Source of the DNA: an uncultured Gammaproteobacteria bacterium
GTDB taxonomy: Bacteria > Patescibacteriota > Patescibacteriia > UBA1558 > S5-K13
Direction: 5' to 3'
Length of the DNA stretch: 64,000 nt
NCBI GenBank assembly: GCA_964486685.1
Contig: CAZAOE010000003.1
Span: 5,306 to 69,305, forward strand
This document shows, in pieces, positions 47,926 through 58,320 of the stretch (the first letter of the stretch is position 1; each line of letters opens with the position of its first letter). Below the pieces are notes generated by a model that saw nothing but the letters and a program-made list of their open reading frames with translations, did not search any database and was not told the origin of the DNA. Made by a program: the position numbers and the translations under genes.

Positions 47926-48068
47926 ATATAATGCCAATCTACGAATGATATACCAATTATGCAAATATAATACAAATAAATATTCTAATTAATATAGGTA
48001 ATTCTAATTATTAGTATAGTATTCGTATTATTAGTATTAATTCGTATATTAGCATTATATATTAGTAT

Positions 48069-49178
48069 ATGAAAAAAACATTACTCATAACTTTGGATTT
48101 CTGGCCGAACCACGGAGGCGTGGCTAATTATTATTATAATCTATGTAAAAATCTTCCCAAAAAAGATATATTTATTTTAACTAATGTCAAAAAAGAGGAC
48201 AGTCAACTTAAAATTATAAATAAAAAATTACTCTATAAATTTTTCTGGCCACATTGGACAAGGGCTTATCAAGAAACCCTAAAGGTGATAAAAGAAAATA
48301 AAATCCAAAAACTTTGGGTGGGAAATTTATTACCCTTGGGAACCGTAGCTTATTTAATCTATAAAAAACATCAGATTCCTTATTTTGTTTCTTTACATGG
48401 TTTAGATATTTTAAATGCTTTAAAAAATAAAAGAAAAAAACTCTTAGCCAAAAAAATATTAAAGCATGCTCAATTTATAACTGTAAATAGTAATTGCACA
48501 AAAAATTTGCTCAAAGATTTAGTTAAAAATCAAGAAAAAATTAAAATTATCTATCCCGGAGTTAATCTTAATTTTCAAAAAATCAACGAACAAAAATTAT
48601 CTGAGATTAAAAACAAATACAACCCAAATAATAAAAAAATAATATTAACTACTGGCCGTTTGGTCAAAAGAAAAAACCACGAATTAGTTATCAAAGCCAT
48701 TAAAAAATTGGCTCAAAAAATACCTAACTTAGTTTATTTAATCATTGGCAATGGACCTGAAAAAAAGAACTACGGATTAAGGATTAAGAATTACGGATTA
48801 CAAAACAACATAAAAATTTTAACAAATATTAACAACGAAGAACTTCCTTATTTTTATAAACTATCAGATATTTTTATTATGGTTAGTAAAACTTCTCCGG
48901 AAGATATTGAGGGTTTTGGGATAGTATATTTAGAGGCCGGATTATTTAAAAAACCAGTAATTGCTTCTAACCAGGGTGGTTCAAAAGAAGCAGTTATAAA
49001 TAATCAGACCGGTATTTTAATAAATGATAATCTTGCCGAGTTAAAACAAGCTATAATAAAATTATTAAATAATTCTGAACTAAGAAATCAATTGGGAAAT
49101 AATGCCGAGCAAAGAATACAAAAAACTTTTTTATGGCCAGAAATTAGCAAAAAATTAATAAAATATATTAATGAATAA
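48069..49178 (+). CDS. family 1 (GT4-like) glycosyltransferase
   Basis: EGFGIVYLEAGLFKKPVIAS motif (E-x7-E). Confidence 0.8.
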   Translation: MKKTLLITLDFWPNHGGVANYYYNLCKNLPKKDIFILTNVKKEDSQLKIINKKLLYKFFWPHWTRAYQETLKVIKENKIQKLWVGNLLPLGTVAYLIYKKHQIPYFVSLHGLDILNALKNKRKKLLAKKILKHAQFITVNSNCTKNLLKDLVKNQEKIKIIYPGVNLNFQKINEQKLSEIKNKYNPNNKKIILTTGRLVKRKNHELVIKAIKKLAQKIPNLVYLIIGNGPEKKNYGLRIKNYGLQNNIKILTNINNEELPYFYKLSDIFIMVSKTSPEDIEGFGIVYLEAGLFKKPVIASNQGGSKEAVINNQTGILINDNLAELKQAIIKLLNNSELRNQLGNNAEQRIQKTFLWPEISKKLIKYINE

Positions 49179-49325
49179 TTCAAAATTTAAAACTAAAAAT
49201 GCAAAACTACAACTAAAAATTAAAAATAAGATTAAAAAATTTGAATTTTAAATTATAATTTTACGCTTTGCATTTTTCATTTTTAATTAAAACGAATCTA
49301 AATAAAATGATTCTAAAAAAAACCA

Positions 49326-50516
49326 ATGAACAGAAAAATGAACAGAAATAAAAATAAAAAATACGATGTTATTATTTTTAATATGTCTAGCCATACTGAG
49401 TGGATTAAGGGCATTAGTAATAGAAATTTTCATATTATTGATCATTTAAAAAACAATCCTAAAATAAATAGAATCTTGGCTGTTGATTATTTGCCCCATA
49501 CCTGGAAAAGGTTTTTAAGAAATTTTTATGAAAATATTATTAATACCCCGCCTGGAAAAACTCTTAAAATTAGTCCCTTAACTCGCATCTATCAGCCCGA
49601 AGAAAAAATAATTGTTTATTCTACTATTAAAAATAAGATTAATTTAAATAAAACCTTAGAGGAAATTAATCTTTTTGCCCAAAAACAAAATTTTAAAAAT
49701 ATAATTCTTTGGTCTAATTATCCTTTAATCACCAAACATTTTGATTTAATTGAACATCAGGTCTCGGTTTTTGATACTATAGATAATTGGTCTGAACATG
49801 CCAGTTATCAAAAATTTAAAAAAGAATTAAAACAAAATTATCAAATCATTAAAGACAAGGCCGATATTATTTTTATTTTAGCCAAAGATTCAAAAAAAAT
49901 ATTTTATCCTCGCAAAGAAAATATCTATCAAATTACTCAAGGAGTAGACTTGGTTCATTACCAAAACAAGAGTAAACTTATAAATAATGACATTGCTCGC
50001 TTGCCTCATCCAATTATCGGCTATGTCGGTATTATTCAAGAAAATAGAATAAATTTTCCCTTAATAGAATATTTAGCTCAAAAAAATCCTGACAAATCTT
50101 TGGTTTTAATTGGGCCGATTTGGCGCAAAGAGGATGAAGAAAGATTAAAAAAACTACCAAATATTTATTTATTAGGAGCTAAGAGTTATGCCGAAGTACC
50201 AAATTATATTCAACAATTTGATGTGGGCATTATTCCCCATTTAGTAAATGAATTTATTAAATATACCTGCCCCATGAAATTATATGAATATATGGCTTGC
50301 GGAATTCCCATAGTTACTACTGATACTCCCGGCGTAGAACAATTTGCTGATTATATAAAAATTACCAATGATTTTGAAAAATTTAATGAATTTGTACAGC
50401 AAGAATTAAATACTGATTCTGGAGAAAAGAGAAATGAAAAATTACAAATTATTAAAGAACATACCTGGGCAAAAAAAATAGACCAAATGTTAAATTATAT
50501 AGAAGAAAAATTATGA
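49326..50516 (+). CDS. family 1 glycosyltransferase
   Basis: C-terminal KLYEYMACGIPIVTT. Confidence 0.65.
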   Translation: MNRKMNRNKNKKYDVIIFNMSSHTEWIKGISNRNFHIIDHLKNNPKINRILAVDYLPHTWKRFLRNFYENIINTPPGKTLKISPLTRIYQPEEKIIVYSTIKNKINLNKTLEEINLFAQKQNFKNIILWSNYPLITKHFDLIEHQVSVFDTIDNWSEHASYQKFKKELKQNYQIIKDKADIIFILAKDSKKIFYPRKENIYQITQGVDLVHYQNKSKLINNDIARLPHPIIGYVGIIQENRINFPLIEYLAQKNPDKSLVLIGPIWRKEDEERLKKLPNIYLLGAKSYAEVPNYIQQFDVGIIPHLVNEFIKYTCPMKLYEYMACGIPIVTTDTPGVEQFADYIKITNDFEKFNEFVQQELNTDSGEKRNEKLQIIKEHTWAKKIDQMLNYIEEKL

Positions 50517-52219
50517 ATTTTGAACTAAAAATAAAACAATTACTAAAAAAAGAGGTCAAATTAGAAAAAATAATTTTGGAAACTCCGCTCAATCCAGAAC
50601 TAGGGGATTTTAGTTTTCCTTGTTTTCAACTAAGTGAAAAATTGCCAAAGGTCTCGACCGCAGTGGAGAGACAAAAAAATCCATCAGAAATAGCCCAAGA
50701 ACTAGAGAAAAAAATACCTTCAGCAAATTTTATTAATAAAATAAAGGCCAATGGTCCATATTTAAATTTCTTTATAGATTATAAACTTTGCGCTCCAGAA
50801 ATTTTAACAAAAATATATAAAGAAAAAGAAAATTATGGAAAACTTAAAATCGGCCAAAATAAAAAAATTGTTTTAGATTATTCAGCTCCTAATATTGCTA
50901 AGCCCCTTAGCATCGGTCATCTCAGAAGTACAATTATTGGCCAAGCGCTTTACAATATTTTTAATTTTTTAGGATATAAATCAATTGGCGTAAATCATCT
51001 TGGCGATTGGGGGACTCAATTTGGAAAATTAATTTATGCTTACAAAAAATGGGGCAATGAAGCAGAATTAAAAAAAAGCCCCATCAAATATCTATTATCT
51101 TTATATATAAAATTTCATGAGGAAGCAGAAAAAGATGAAGCATTAGATGACCAAGCCAGAGAAGAATTTAAAAAATTAGAAAACAAAAATCCGCAAGTGA
51201 CAAAACTTTGGAAAAAATTTAGCAAGCTAAGTTTAAAAGAGTTTAATAAAGTATATAAAATTTTAAATATAAATATTGATTATAATACCGGTGAATCGTT
51301 TTATAATAATAAATTAGAAAAGGCCATACAAAAAGTAAAAGAAAAAATTGCCACTAAAAAATCTCAAGGCGCTTTAATTGTTGACTTGGAAAAATATAAA
51401 ATGCCTCCGGTATTATTGAAAAAATCTAATGGCACCAGTACTTACCATACTCGTGATTTAGCTACTGCTTTCTATCGACTTAAAAAATTTAAACCAAAAA
51501 AACTTTTATATGTAGTTGGTTCTGAACAAAAATTACATTTTGAACAATTATTTAAGGTCTTAGATTTAATGGGCTTAAATAATGATAAATTCATTCATGT
51601 TGATTTTGGCTTATTTAAATTTCCAGAAGGTAAAATGTCAACTCGTGAAGGCAAAATTATCTTTTTAGAAGATGTGATAAATAAATCCATCAAACTAGCA
51701 ACTAAAATTATTAATGAGAAAAATCCTGACCTCGAAAATAAAGCAGACATTGCTAAAAAAGTTGGCGTTGGCTCTTTAATTTTTGGAGATTTAAAAAACG
51801 ACCGCACTAAAAATATAGAATTTAATTGGGACAGAATTTTATCTTTTGATGGGGAAACCGGAGCTTATTTGCAATATACATATGCTCGTTCCTGTAGTAT
51901 TATTAAAAAAGCCAAAATTAAAATTAGTCCTAAAATAAATTTTAATGTTATTAAAGAAAAAGAAGAACTTAAACTAATTAAAAGATTAAATTCTTTTTCT
52001 GATGCTTTAATTAAAGTTTCAGAAACATATCAACCCTATCATTTAGCTCAATATCTAATTGAGTTGGCTAAAGAGTATAATGAATTTTATAACAATTGTA
52101 AAGTAATTAACAAAGACAAAGAAATAATGAAAATGCGCTTATTATTAGTAAGCTCAGTTAAGCAAGTTTTAGCTAATGGTCTTAAGCTTTTAGGAATAGA
52201 AGTGGTTGAGGAAATGTAA
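50513..52219 (+). CDS. argS: arginine--tRNA ligase
   Basis: SAPNIAKPLSIGHLRST HIGH-region; 568 aa; C-terminal DALR domain. Confidence 0.9.
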   Translation: MNFELKIKQLLKKEVKLEKIILETPLNPELGDFSFPCFQLSEKLPKVSTAVERQKNPSEIAQELEKKIPSANFINKIKANGPYLNFFIDYKLCAPEILTKIYKEKENYGKLKIGQNKKIVLDYSAPNIAKPLSIGHLRSTIIGQALYNIFNFLGYKSIGVNHLGDWGTQFGKLIYAYKKWGNEAELKKSPIKYLLSLYIKFHEEAEKDEALDDQAREEFKKLENKNPQVTKLWKKFSKLSLKEFNKVYKILNINIDYNTGESFYNNKLEKAIQKVKEKIATKKSQGALIVDLEKYKMPPVLLKKSNGTSTYHTRDLATAFYRLKKFKPKKLLYVVGSEQKLHFEQLFKVLDLMGLNNDKFIHVDFGLFKFPEGKMSTREGKIIFLEDVINKSIKLATKIINEKNPDLENKADIAKKVGVGSLIFGDLKNDRTKNIEFNWDRILSFDGETGAYLQYTYARSCSIIKKAKIKISPKINFNVIKEKEELKLIKRLNSFSDALIKVSETYQPYHLAQYLIELAKEYNEFYNNCKVINKDKEIMKMRLLLVSSVKQVLANGLKLLGIEVVEEM

Positions 52220-52291
52220 ACCATTAACTTGAAATTTTAAACTAAACAAAAAAGAGTAAAAAAATAATTCACTCTTTTAAAATTTCTGAAA

Positions 52292-52660
52292 TCAATTTCT
52301 TCTTTTAAATTTACCTAAATCTCTCAAAAAATCTCGCAAAAACCTTATTGCCTCAGAACAATTATGATAAGAATCTTTTTGTTCTTCTTTTAAATAATTA
52401 CCTCCTATACCTATTTCTTCTCCAGTACTAACTTTTTCTCCCAACATATCATTTCCTATTTTTTCTAACTTTTCAATGTAATCATTAACCGCTCTTTCAA
52501 CTTCTGAAACCCCCACAATCTCTTCATTAAGCTTATCAATTAGTTCTTTGGCTGTTAATTCTCCATTTACAATATCATTAAGCCTACCATTAAAAATTTC
52601 TTTAATATTATCCTCTGCATGATTAATGGCTTCCATGGCCTCGGCGGGTAGTCCACACAT
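52292..52660 (-). CDS. hypothetical acidic helical protein (lone minus-strand gene)
   Basis: 122 aa; no motifs. Confidence 0.35.
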   Translation of the reverse strand: MCGLPAEAMEAINHAEDNIKEIFNGRLNDIVNGELTAKELIDKLNEEIVGVSEVERAVNDYIEKLEKIGNDMLGEKVSTGEEIGIGGNYLKEEQKDSYHNCSEAIRFLRDFLRDLGKFKRRN

Positions 52661-52764
52661 AGTTTTGATTTGATTAATTATTAAATTTATATTATGTTAT
52701 AATAAATATATAATAAAAAATTAAAAAAGGCAATATAACAATTTAACAATATAACAATATAGCA

Positions 52765-54264
52765 ATGAATTTAGAACCAGTCATTGGATTAGAAATACAT
52801 GTGCAATTAAAAACAAAATCTAAAATGTTTTGTGGTTGTTCTAATGATGCCGAAAACAAAGAACCCAATACTTTAATTTGTCCAATTTGTACTGGCCATC
52901 CTGGTGCTTTGCCAATTTTAAATCAAGAAGTGGTTAATTGTGGTATTAAGTTGGCCTTAGCTTTAAATTTAAAAATAAATAAAAAATCTGTCTTTGAAAG
53001 AAAATCGTATTTTTATCCTGATTTACCTAATGGTTATCAAATATCTCAATTTGAACATCCATTATCGACAGAAGGGCATTATGTTTTAAAAACAGGAAAA
53101 GAAAAAATCCGAATTGGTATTGAAAGATTACATTTAGAAAACGATGCTGCTAAAAATATTCATCAAGCAGATAATAGCTTAATTGATTTTAACCGCGCTG
53201 GCACACCTTTAGCTGAAATTGTCACTAAGCCAGATATTAAAACACCACTTCAAGCTAAAAATTTTCTACAAGATTTAAGAAGAATTTGCCGTTATTTAGA
53301 AATTTCTGATGCTGACATGGAAAAAGGACAATTAAGATGTGATGTTAATATTTCGTTAAGACCGCATGGAGATCAAAGCTTATATCCAAAAACTGAAATA
53401 AAAAATCTTAACTCTTTTAAGTCAGTAGAGAGGGCCTTAGAATATGAAATTAAAAGACAAAACGAGCTTTGGAATAAAAATAATGCTCCCAAAGAAGAGA
53501 CCACTCGTGGCTGGAATGATTCCCAGCAAATTACTGAATTACAGAGGTCAAAAGAAATGGCTAATGATTATCGTTATTTTCCAGAACCAGATTTACCTGA
53601 ATTGATTATAGATAAAAAATTAATTACTAAAATAAAAAATGAAATTCCAGAGCTTCCCAATGCTAAAAATGAAAGATTTATTAAAGAATATGAATTAACT
53701 TCACAAGATGCTGAAATTTTAACAGACAATAAAAAGATTAGTGAATATTTTGAAAAAGTGGTCTCTGAATTTAGAGAATGGCTGATATCAGAAGTGGAAA
53801 GTACTCGCGAAACCGAAAATGAAATTTGGGAAAATAATAAGAAAAAATCTATAAAATTAATTAAAGGCTGGATTACTTCTGAATTATTTAAATTAATGAA
53901 TGAATCTGCAATTACAATAGAGGAATTAAAAATAACACCAGAAAATATGGGAGAATTTATTAAGACGATTTATTTATCAAAAGTAAATAGCTCTAATGCT
54001 CAAAAAATATTAAAAATCATGTTTGATGAAGGCGGCGACCCCTCCCAAATAATAGAACAAAATGATTTGGGACAAGTCAGTGATAAATCAAAAATGGAAA
54101 AACTAGTTGAAAATATTATTAAAAATAATCCTGAACAAGTTGAGCAATATCAAAATGGCAAAGAAAATCTAATTAAATATTTTGTGGGTATGTTAATGAA
54201 AAAAACCAATGGCAAGGCTAACCCCAGAATAGGAGAAGAATTATTTAGAGAAAAATTGAAATAA
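52765..54264 (+). CDS. gatB: aspartyl/glutamyl-tRNA amidotransferase subunit B
   Basis: PVIGLEIHVQLKTKSKMFCGC N-terminus. Confidence 0.9.
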   Translation: MNLEPVIGLEIHVQLKTKSKMFCGCSNDAENKEPNTLICPICTGHPGALPILNQEVVNCGIKLALALNLKINKKSVFERKSYFYPDLPNGYQISQFEHPLSTEGHYVLKTGKEKIRIGIERLHLENDAAKNIHQADNSLIDFNRAGTPLAEIVTKPDIKTPLQAKNFLQDLRRICRYLEISDADMEKGQLRCDVNISLRPHGDQSLYPKTEIKNLNSFKSVERALEYEIKRQNELWNKNNAPKEETTRGWNDSQQITELQRSKEMANDYRYFPEPDLPELIIDKKLITKIKNEIPELPNAKNERFIKEYELTSQDAEILTDNKKISEYFEKVVSEFREWLISEVESTRETENEIWENNKKKSIKLIKGWITSELFKLMNESAITIEELKITPENMGEFIKTIYLSKVNSSNAQKILKIMFDEGGDPSQIIEQNDLGQVSDKSKMEKLVENIIKNNPEQVEQYQNGKENLIKYFVGMLMKKTNGKANPRIGEELFREKLK

Positions 54265-54284
54265 AATTTTTTAAAAATAAAAAG

Positions 54285-54312
54285 GGCGGATATTGATAAT
54301 CCGCCTTTTAAA
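54285..54312. terminator. bidirectional terminator GGCGGATATTGATAATCCGCC between gatB and pyrI
   Basis: perfect 7-bp stem with A-run 5' and T-run 3'. Confidence 0.7.
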
Positions 54313-54318
54313 TTTAAG

Positions 54319-54777
54319 TTATGTTCTTATTTTTACCCCATCAATAAGGTATTTTTTTTCACAAAAGCAACACTCCACTTCAATGCCATGATCTCCTTTG
54401 TCCACTTTGAAATTAGTATTCACGTCTTCAATATTAGTAATGCAGTTAGGATTAGGGCAAATTATAAAATTATGCACTGAAGCTGGAAGAACTACTTTTC
54501 TCTTTTCTACAACTTCTCCCTCCTTAATAATGGAGATGGTGGCATTGGGAGCCACTAAAGCAATAAGATTAGATTCTTGAGAGCTTAGTTCTCGACCCTC
54601 AATTTTAATCATGTCTTTCTTTTCTATGGCTTTACTATCTAGATTACAGGCCATAATCCACATATTAAAAAAATTTTCTAATCCCAATATCCGAGATACC
54701 TTACCAGCTCTTCCGGCCTGAATATGATCTATGACTGTACCATTTTCCAATGGCTTGACTTGTAGCGCTTTTCTCAT
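54319..54777 (-). CDS. pyrI: aspartate carbamoyltransferase regulatory subunit
   Basis: C-terminal Zn domain CPNPNCIT...CCFCEK. Confidence 0.85.
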   Translation of the reverse strand: MRKALQVKPLENGTVIDHIQAGRAGKVSRILGLENFFNMWIMACNLDSKAIEKKDMIKIEGRELSSQESNLIALVAPNATISIIKEGEVVEKRKVVLPASVHNFIICPNPNCITNIEDVNTNFKVDKGDHGIEVECCFCEKKYLIDGVKIRT

Positions 54778-55685
54778 TATACACCCCCTAAAAGAGTTTT
54801 AATGATGGCTTGACGAACAAATACACCATTCTGAGCTTGCTGAAAATAATATGCGTACTTTGTATCATCAACATCAGTAGACAACTCATCCACTCTCGGA
54901 AGAGGATGTAAAACCTTTAAATTAGATTTAACATGAGTAAGCATTTCTTCGCTTAAGCAATAAGAACCCCTAACTTTTTCATAATCTTCTGAAGAAGCAA
55001 ATCTTTCCTTCTGAATCCTGGTGACATATAAAATGTCTAAATCGTTTAGTAAATTGGGTTTCATGTCTTCGTCGTATTCACCAAAAATTATTTTTCTTTT
55101 CTTTAAAAAAGATTGAATATTTTCTGGAATTTTCAAAAAACCTGGAGAAAAAAATTTAAATTCCGGATCAAACAAAGACATGGCTTGAACTAAAGAATGG
55201 ACTGTGCGACCAAACTTTAAATCACCAGCAATTCCAATTTTTAAATTCTCTAATTTATTTTGAGTCTTCAAGATAGAATAAAGATCTAACAAAGCTTGAG
55301 TTGGATGTTGATTAGCTCCATCACCAGCATTTACTACTGGAATTTCTACAATTTCAGATGCATAACGAGCTGCTCCCTCAATCGGACTACGCATAATAAT
55401 AATGTCAGCATATTGAGCAATGGTCTTCAGGGTATCAGCAAAAATTTCTCCTTTTTTGGTAGAGGTATTATCAACACCACTCATAATAATTGTCTCACCA
55501 TTCATCCGCTTCATGGCCGTATCAAAAGAAAACATCGTTCGAGTAGAGGGTTCAAAAAAAAGTAAAGCTGCCACTTTTCTTTGCAAATCAACACTGTCTG
55601 GATTTTCCTCTATCTGAAAAGCTAATTGTAAGAGATTTAAAATCTCTTTTTTCGATAAATCTTGCATTGAGATTAAATTTTTCAT
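54777..55685 (-). CDS. pyrB: aspartate carbamoyltransferase catalytic subunit
   Basis: FFEPSTRT carbamoyl-phosphate motif; HPTQALLD. Confidence 0.9.
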   Translation of the reverse strand: MKNLISMQDLSKKEILNLLQLAFQIEENPDSVDLQRKVAALLFFEPSTRTMFSFDTAMKRMNGETIIMSGVDNTSTKKGEIFADTLKTIAQYADIIIMRSPIEGAARYASEIVEIPVVNAGDGANQHPTQALLDLYSILKTQNKLENLKIGIAGDLKFGRTVHSLVQAMSLFDPEFKFFSPGFLKIPENIQSFLKKRKIIFGEYDEDMKPNLLNDLDILYVTRIQKERFASSEDYEKVRGSYCLSEEMLTHVKSNLKVLHPLPRVDELSTDVDDTKYAYYFQQAQNGVFVRQAIIKTLLGGV

Positions 55686-55779
55686 CTCAACCTCCTATAT
55701 TTGATTTTTAAATTTGCTCAAAAAAAATACCATTATATTTATAGTATTTTTTTTAATTATACAGGGTTTTTAAAAGAAG

Positions 55780-58134
55780 TCAATTTTTTAAAAATCTCTT
55801 TACCAATTTTTCTGCTTCTTGAATATTTTTAACCCAGACAATATCTTTCCTTTTCTTAAACCAGGTTAATTGCCTTTTAGCAAAATGATGGATGTCCTTA
55901 GATAAGTTTTGAAATAATTCCTGCTCATTAATTTCTTTTTTTAGGTATTTGGCTATCCAACGATATTCTAACCCAAAATCAGCTAAACGCTTCCAAGAGA
56001 CCCCATTTTTTCGCAAATTTCGCACCTCTTGAACCATTCCTTGTTTTTCCAAACGATATTTTAACCGCTTATCAATGCATTTATAAATTATATCTTTATC
56101 CCAATACTTATTATTAAATTGTGTGGATTTATCCCCACCACCTTTCTTGAGGTGTGGGGATTTATCATGCTTTATACCTAAAATCAAAATGTCTAAATCT
56201 GGTTTTTTCTTTTTCATTTTAGTAATAGAATTACCGCTTTTAGCTATTTCAATCGCCCGGATTATTCTTCGCAAATTATTTACATCTATAGTTTTAAAAG
56301 CTTTGGGGTCTAATTTCTTCAACTTATTTTGCAATTGTTTTAAAGATAATTTATTCAACTGAGCTCTTAATTTTTTATCTATTTTTATATCTTCTAAAAC
56401 ATAACCATCAATAATTGAATTCAAATACAAACCTGTCCCGCCAACTAAAATTGGTAATTTACCTTGCTGATTTAATTCTTCAATCTTTTCAAAAGCTAAT
56501 TTTTGCCAATCTTTTAAAGTAATTTGCTCTTTAGGATTAGCAATATCTATCAAATGATAAGAAATGCCTTTGTAATCTCCCAAATCCTTACCAGTCCCAA
56601 TATCCATTCCTTTATAAACTTGCCGTGAATCAGCTGAAATTATTTCTCCTTTAAACTTCTTAGCTAAATCAACTCCAATTTTTGTTTTTCCACAAGCAGT
56701 GGGACCGAGGACTACTACTAATTTATTTCTAACTTTCTCAGCTTCCATACTCCAATTCAAGGCACCAGTAATCTTAACATTAATAAATTTACCCAGCACC
56801 TTTTTATCCAAAATGGTGCTGGGTTTACCCAAATCTTCTTTTTGAACATTTTTAACTCTTACCGTCTCATTATTTTTCATTTTAGCCACAGCAATATTAC
56901 TCTTAACGCTTTGCACTAAAACTCTCTCTGTACTTCCAACAAATTTCTTGTTTTTCTGAGCTGATATTTGAGCAACTGCTTTAGTAACTTCTTCATCCCG
57001 AGCTCTTTTTTCTTTTTGAGTAATTTCATCTTCATAAATCTTAGCTGATACTGCACCTGGACGAGGAGAGTAGAGTCCAGTAAAAATTGAAGTAAATTTA
57101 CATTTTTTCACAGCTCGTAAAGAATCTTGAAAATCTTTTTTAGTTTCCTTTGGAAAACCAAGAATAATATCAGTAGTTAAATTAGCTTCTGGAATATATT
57201 TATAAATCTGCTCAACTATCTTATAAAACTGTTTCAGATCATATTTCCGATTCATTAATTTCAAAATTTTGTCACTTCCGGATTGTAATGGTAAATGGAT
57301 ATGCTTGGAAATATTATCATATTTAGCAATAACTTTAATTAATTTTAAATCAAATTTACTTGGATAAGGAGAAAGAAAACTAATCCAAGTATTTGGTTTT
57401 AAAATTGCTACTTGTTCTAATAAATCCGCGAAGTCCCGAACTTGCCTGCCCTGTCTTGGACCTCGACTGTGATGGAGAGGAGTTTGTCGAAGGGGTTGAT
57501 GGGCGAAGTCCCAAGCCTGTCGAGGGGCGAAGTCTTTAATCTTTGATTTCTGATCAGAATTAAGATAAGAATTAACGGTTTGACCTAATAAAATAATTTT
57601 TTTAACTTCATCACTCAAATTTTTCACTTCTTTTAATATTTTCTGAACTGAACGATTCACTTCTCGACCGCGAGTATAGGGCACAGCACAATAAGTACAA
57701 AATTGATTACAGCCATTGGATATAGGGATTAAGGCCTCAAAACTATTTTCTGCTTTAGAATTTACTTCCAAATATAAATTATTTTCCGGACAATATTGAT
57801 AATGCTTTTTATGGGCCTCAATTAAGTTTGGCAATTCTTTAATTTTAGTAATATCAATAATAATATCAAACCTATCTTGTAATTTTTTAAAATCAGTAGC
57901 CAAAACACAGCCACTTAAAATTTTAATTACCCCTTTCTTTAATTTCTTTTTATGAAAAACTCCGTAAGCTCGATCAATTGCACTTTGACGAACACTACAA
58001 GAAAGGATAGCTATAATATCTGCTTTTTCCATTTGTTCTACTTTTTCAAATCCAACTGTATCAAAAACAGTAGCCAATTTCTCTGCATCAGCTTGATTCA
58101 TCGCACAACCGAAATATCTTAAGTAGTATCTCAT
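55780..58134 (-). CDS. miaB-miaA: fusion protein: MiaB-like methylthiotransferase fused to MiaA tRNA dimethylallyltransferase
   Basis: 784 aa; N-terminal MTTase domain (YFGCAMNQ), radical SAM CNQFCTYC, then P-loop VVLGPTACGKT...ADSRQVYKGMDIGT of MiaA; two in-frame GC-rich insertions. Confidence 0.8.
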   Translation of the reverse strand: MRYYLRYFGCAMNQADAEKLATVFDTVGFEKVEQMEKADIIAILSCSVRQSAIDRAYGVFHKKKLKKGVIKILSGCVLATDFKKLQDRFDIIIDITKIKELPNLIEAHKKHYQYCPENNLYLEVNSKAENSFEALIPISNGCNQFCTYCAVPYTRGREVNRSVQKILKEVKNLSDEVKKIILLGQTVNSYLNSDQKSKIKDFAPRQAWDFAHQPLRQTPLHHSRGPRQGRQVRDFADLLEQVAILKPNTWISFLSPYPSKFDLKLIKVIAKYDNISKHIHLPLQSGSDKILKLMNRKYDLKQFYKIVEQIYKYIPEANLTTDIILGFPKETKKDFQDSLRAVKKCKFTSIFTGLYSPRPGAVSAKIYEDEITQKEKRARDEEVTKAVAQISAQKNKKFVGSTERVLVQSVKSNIAVAKMKNNETVRVKNVQKEDLGKPSTILDKKVLGKFINVKITGALNWSMEAEKVRNKLVVVLGPTACGKTKIGVDLAKKFKGEIISADSRQVYKGMDIGTGKDLGDYKGISYHLIDIANPKEQITLKDWQKLAFEKIEELNQQGKLPILVGGTGLYLNSIIDGYVLEDIKIDKKLRAQLNKLSLKQLQNKLKKLDPKAFKTIDVNNLRRIIRAIEIAKSGNSITKMKKKKPDLDILILGIKHDKSPHLKKGGGDKSTQFNNKYWDKDIIYKCIDKRLKYRLEKQGMVQEVRNLRKNGVSWKRLADFGLEYRWIAKYLKKEINEQELFQNLSKDIHHFAKRQLTWFKKRKDIVWVKNIQEAEKLVKRFLKN
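56131..56161. repeat. in-frame palindromic mini-element (family B) ATCCCCACCACCTT-TCTTG-AGGTGTGGGGAT inside miaA, encoding SPHLKKGGGDK
   Basis: sister copy of 36492-36528. Confidence 0.8.
57426..57536. repeat. GC-rich ~110-bp in-frame insertion in miaB with triple GCGAAGTC(C) direct repeat and CCCCTCGACAGGCTT motif
   Basis: ~55% GC versus ~30% genome; inserted between conserved NVNxY and FADLL segments; related CCCCTCGACAAGCTC tandem at window positions 25-59. Confidence 0.75.
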
Positions 58135-58251
58135 AAACTTTTAACTTGAAACTTTTAACTAATTATCAATATAACCTTAAAACCTAAAAAAGTAAATGTA
58201 TATTATGACATAAAATTAACTTTTACGTATCGACCCGTCGGGTCGGGTCTA

Positions 58252-58280
58252 ATTTGACAAAATTTCCTTAGAGCTCTAGA
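58252..58280 (+). promoter_or_regulatory. sigma70 promoter TTGACA-17-TAGAAT for the 58321 small gene
   Basis: consensus -35, 17-nt spacer; AGGAGG SD follows. Confidence 0.6.
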
Positions 58281-58320
58281 ATTTAAATAATGAAATAAAA
58301 AATTTAATAGGAGGTTTAAA

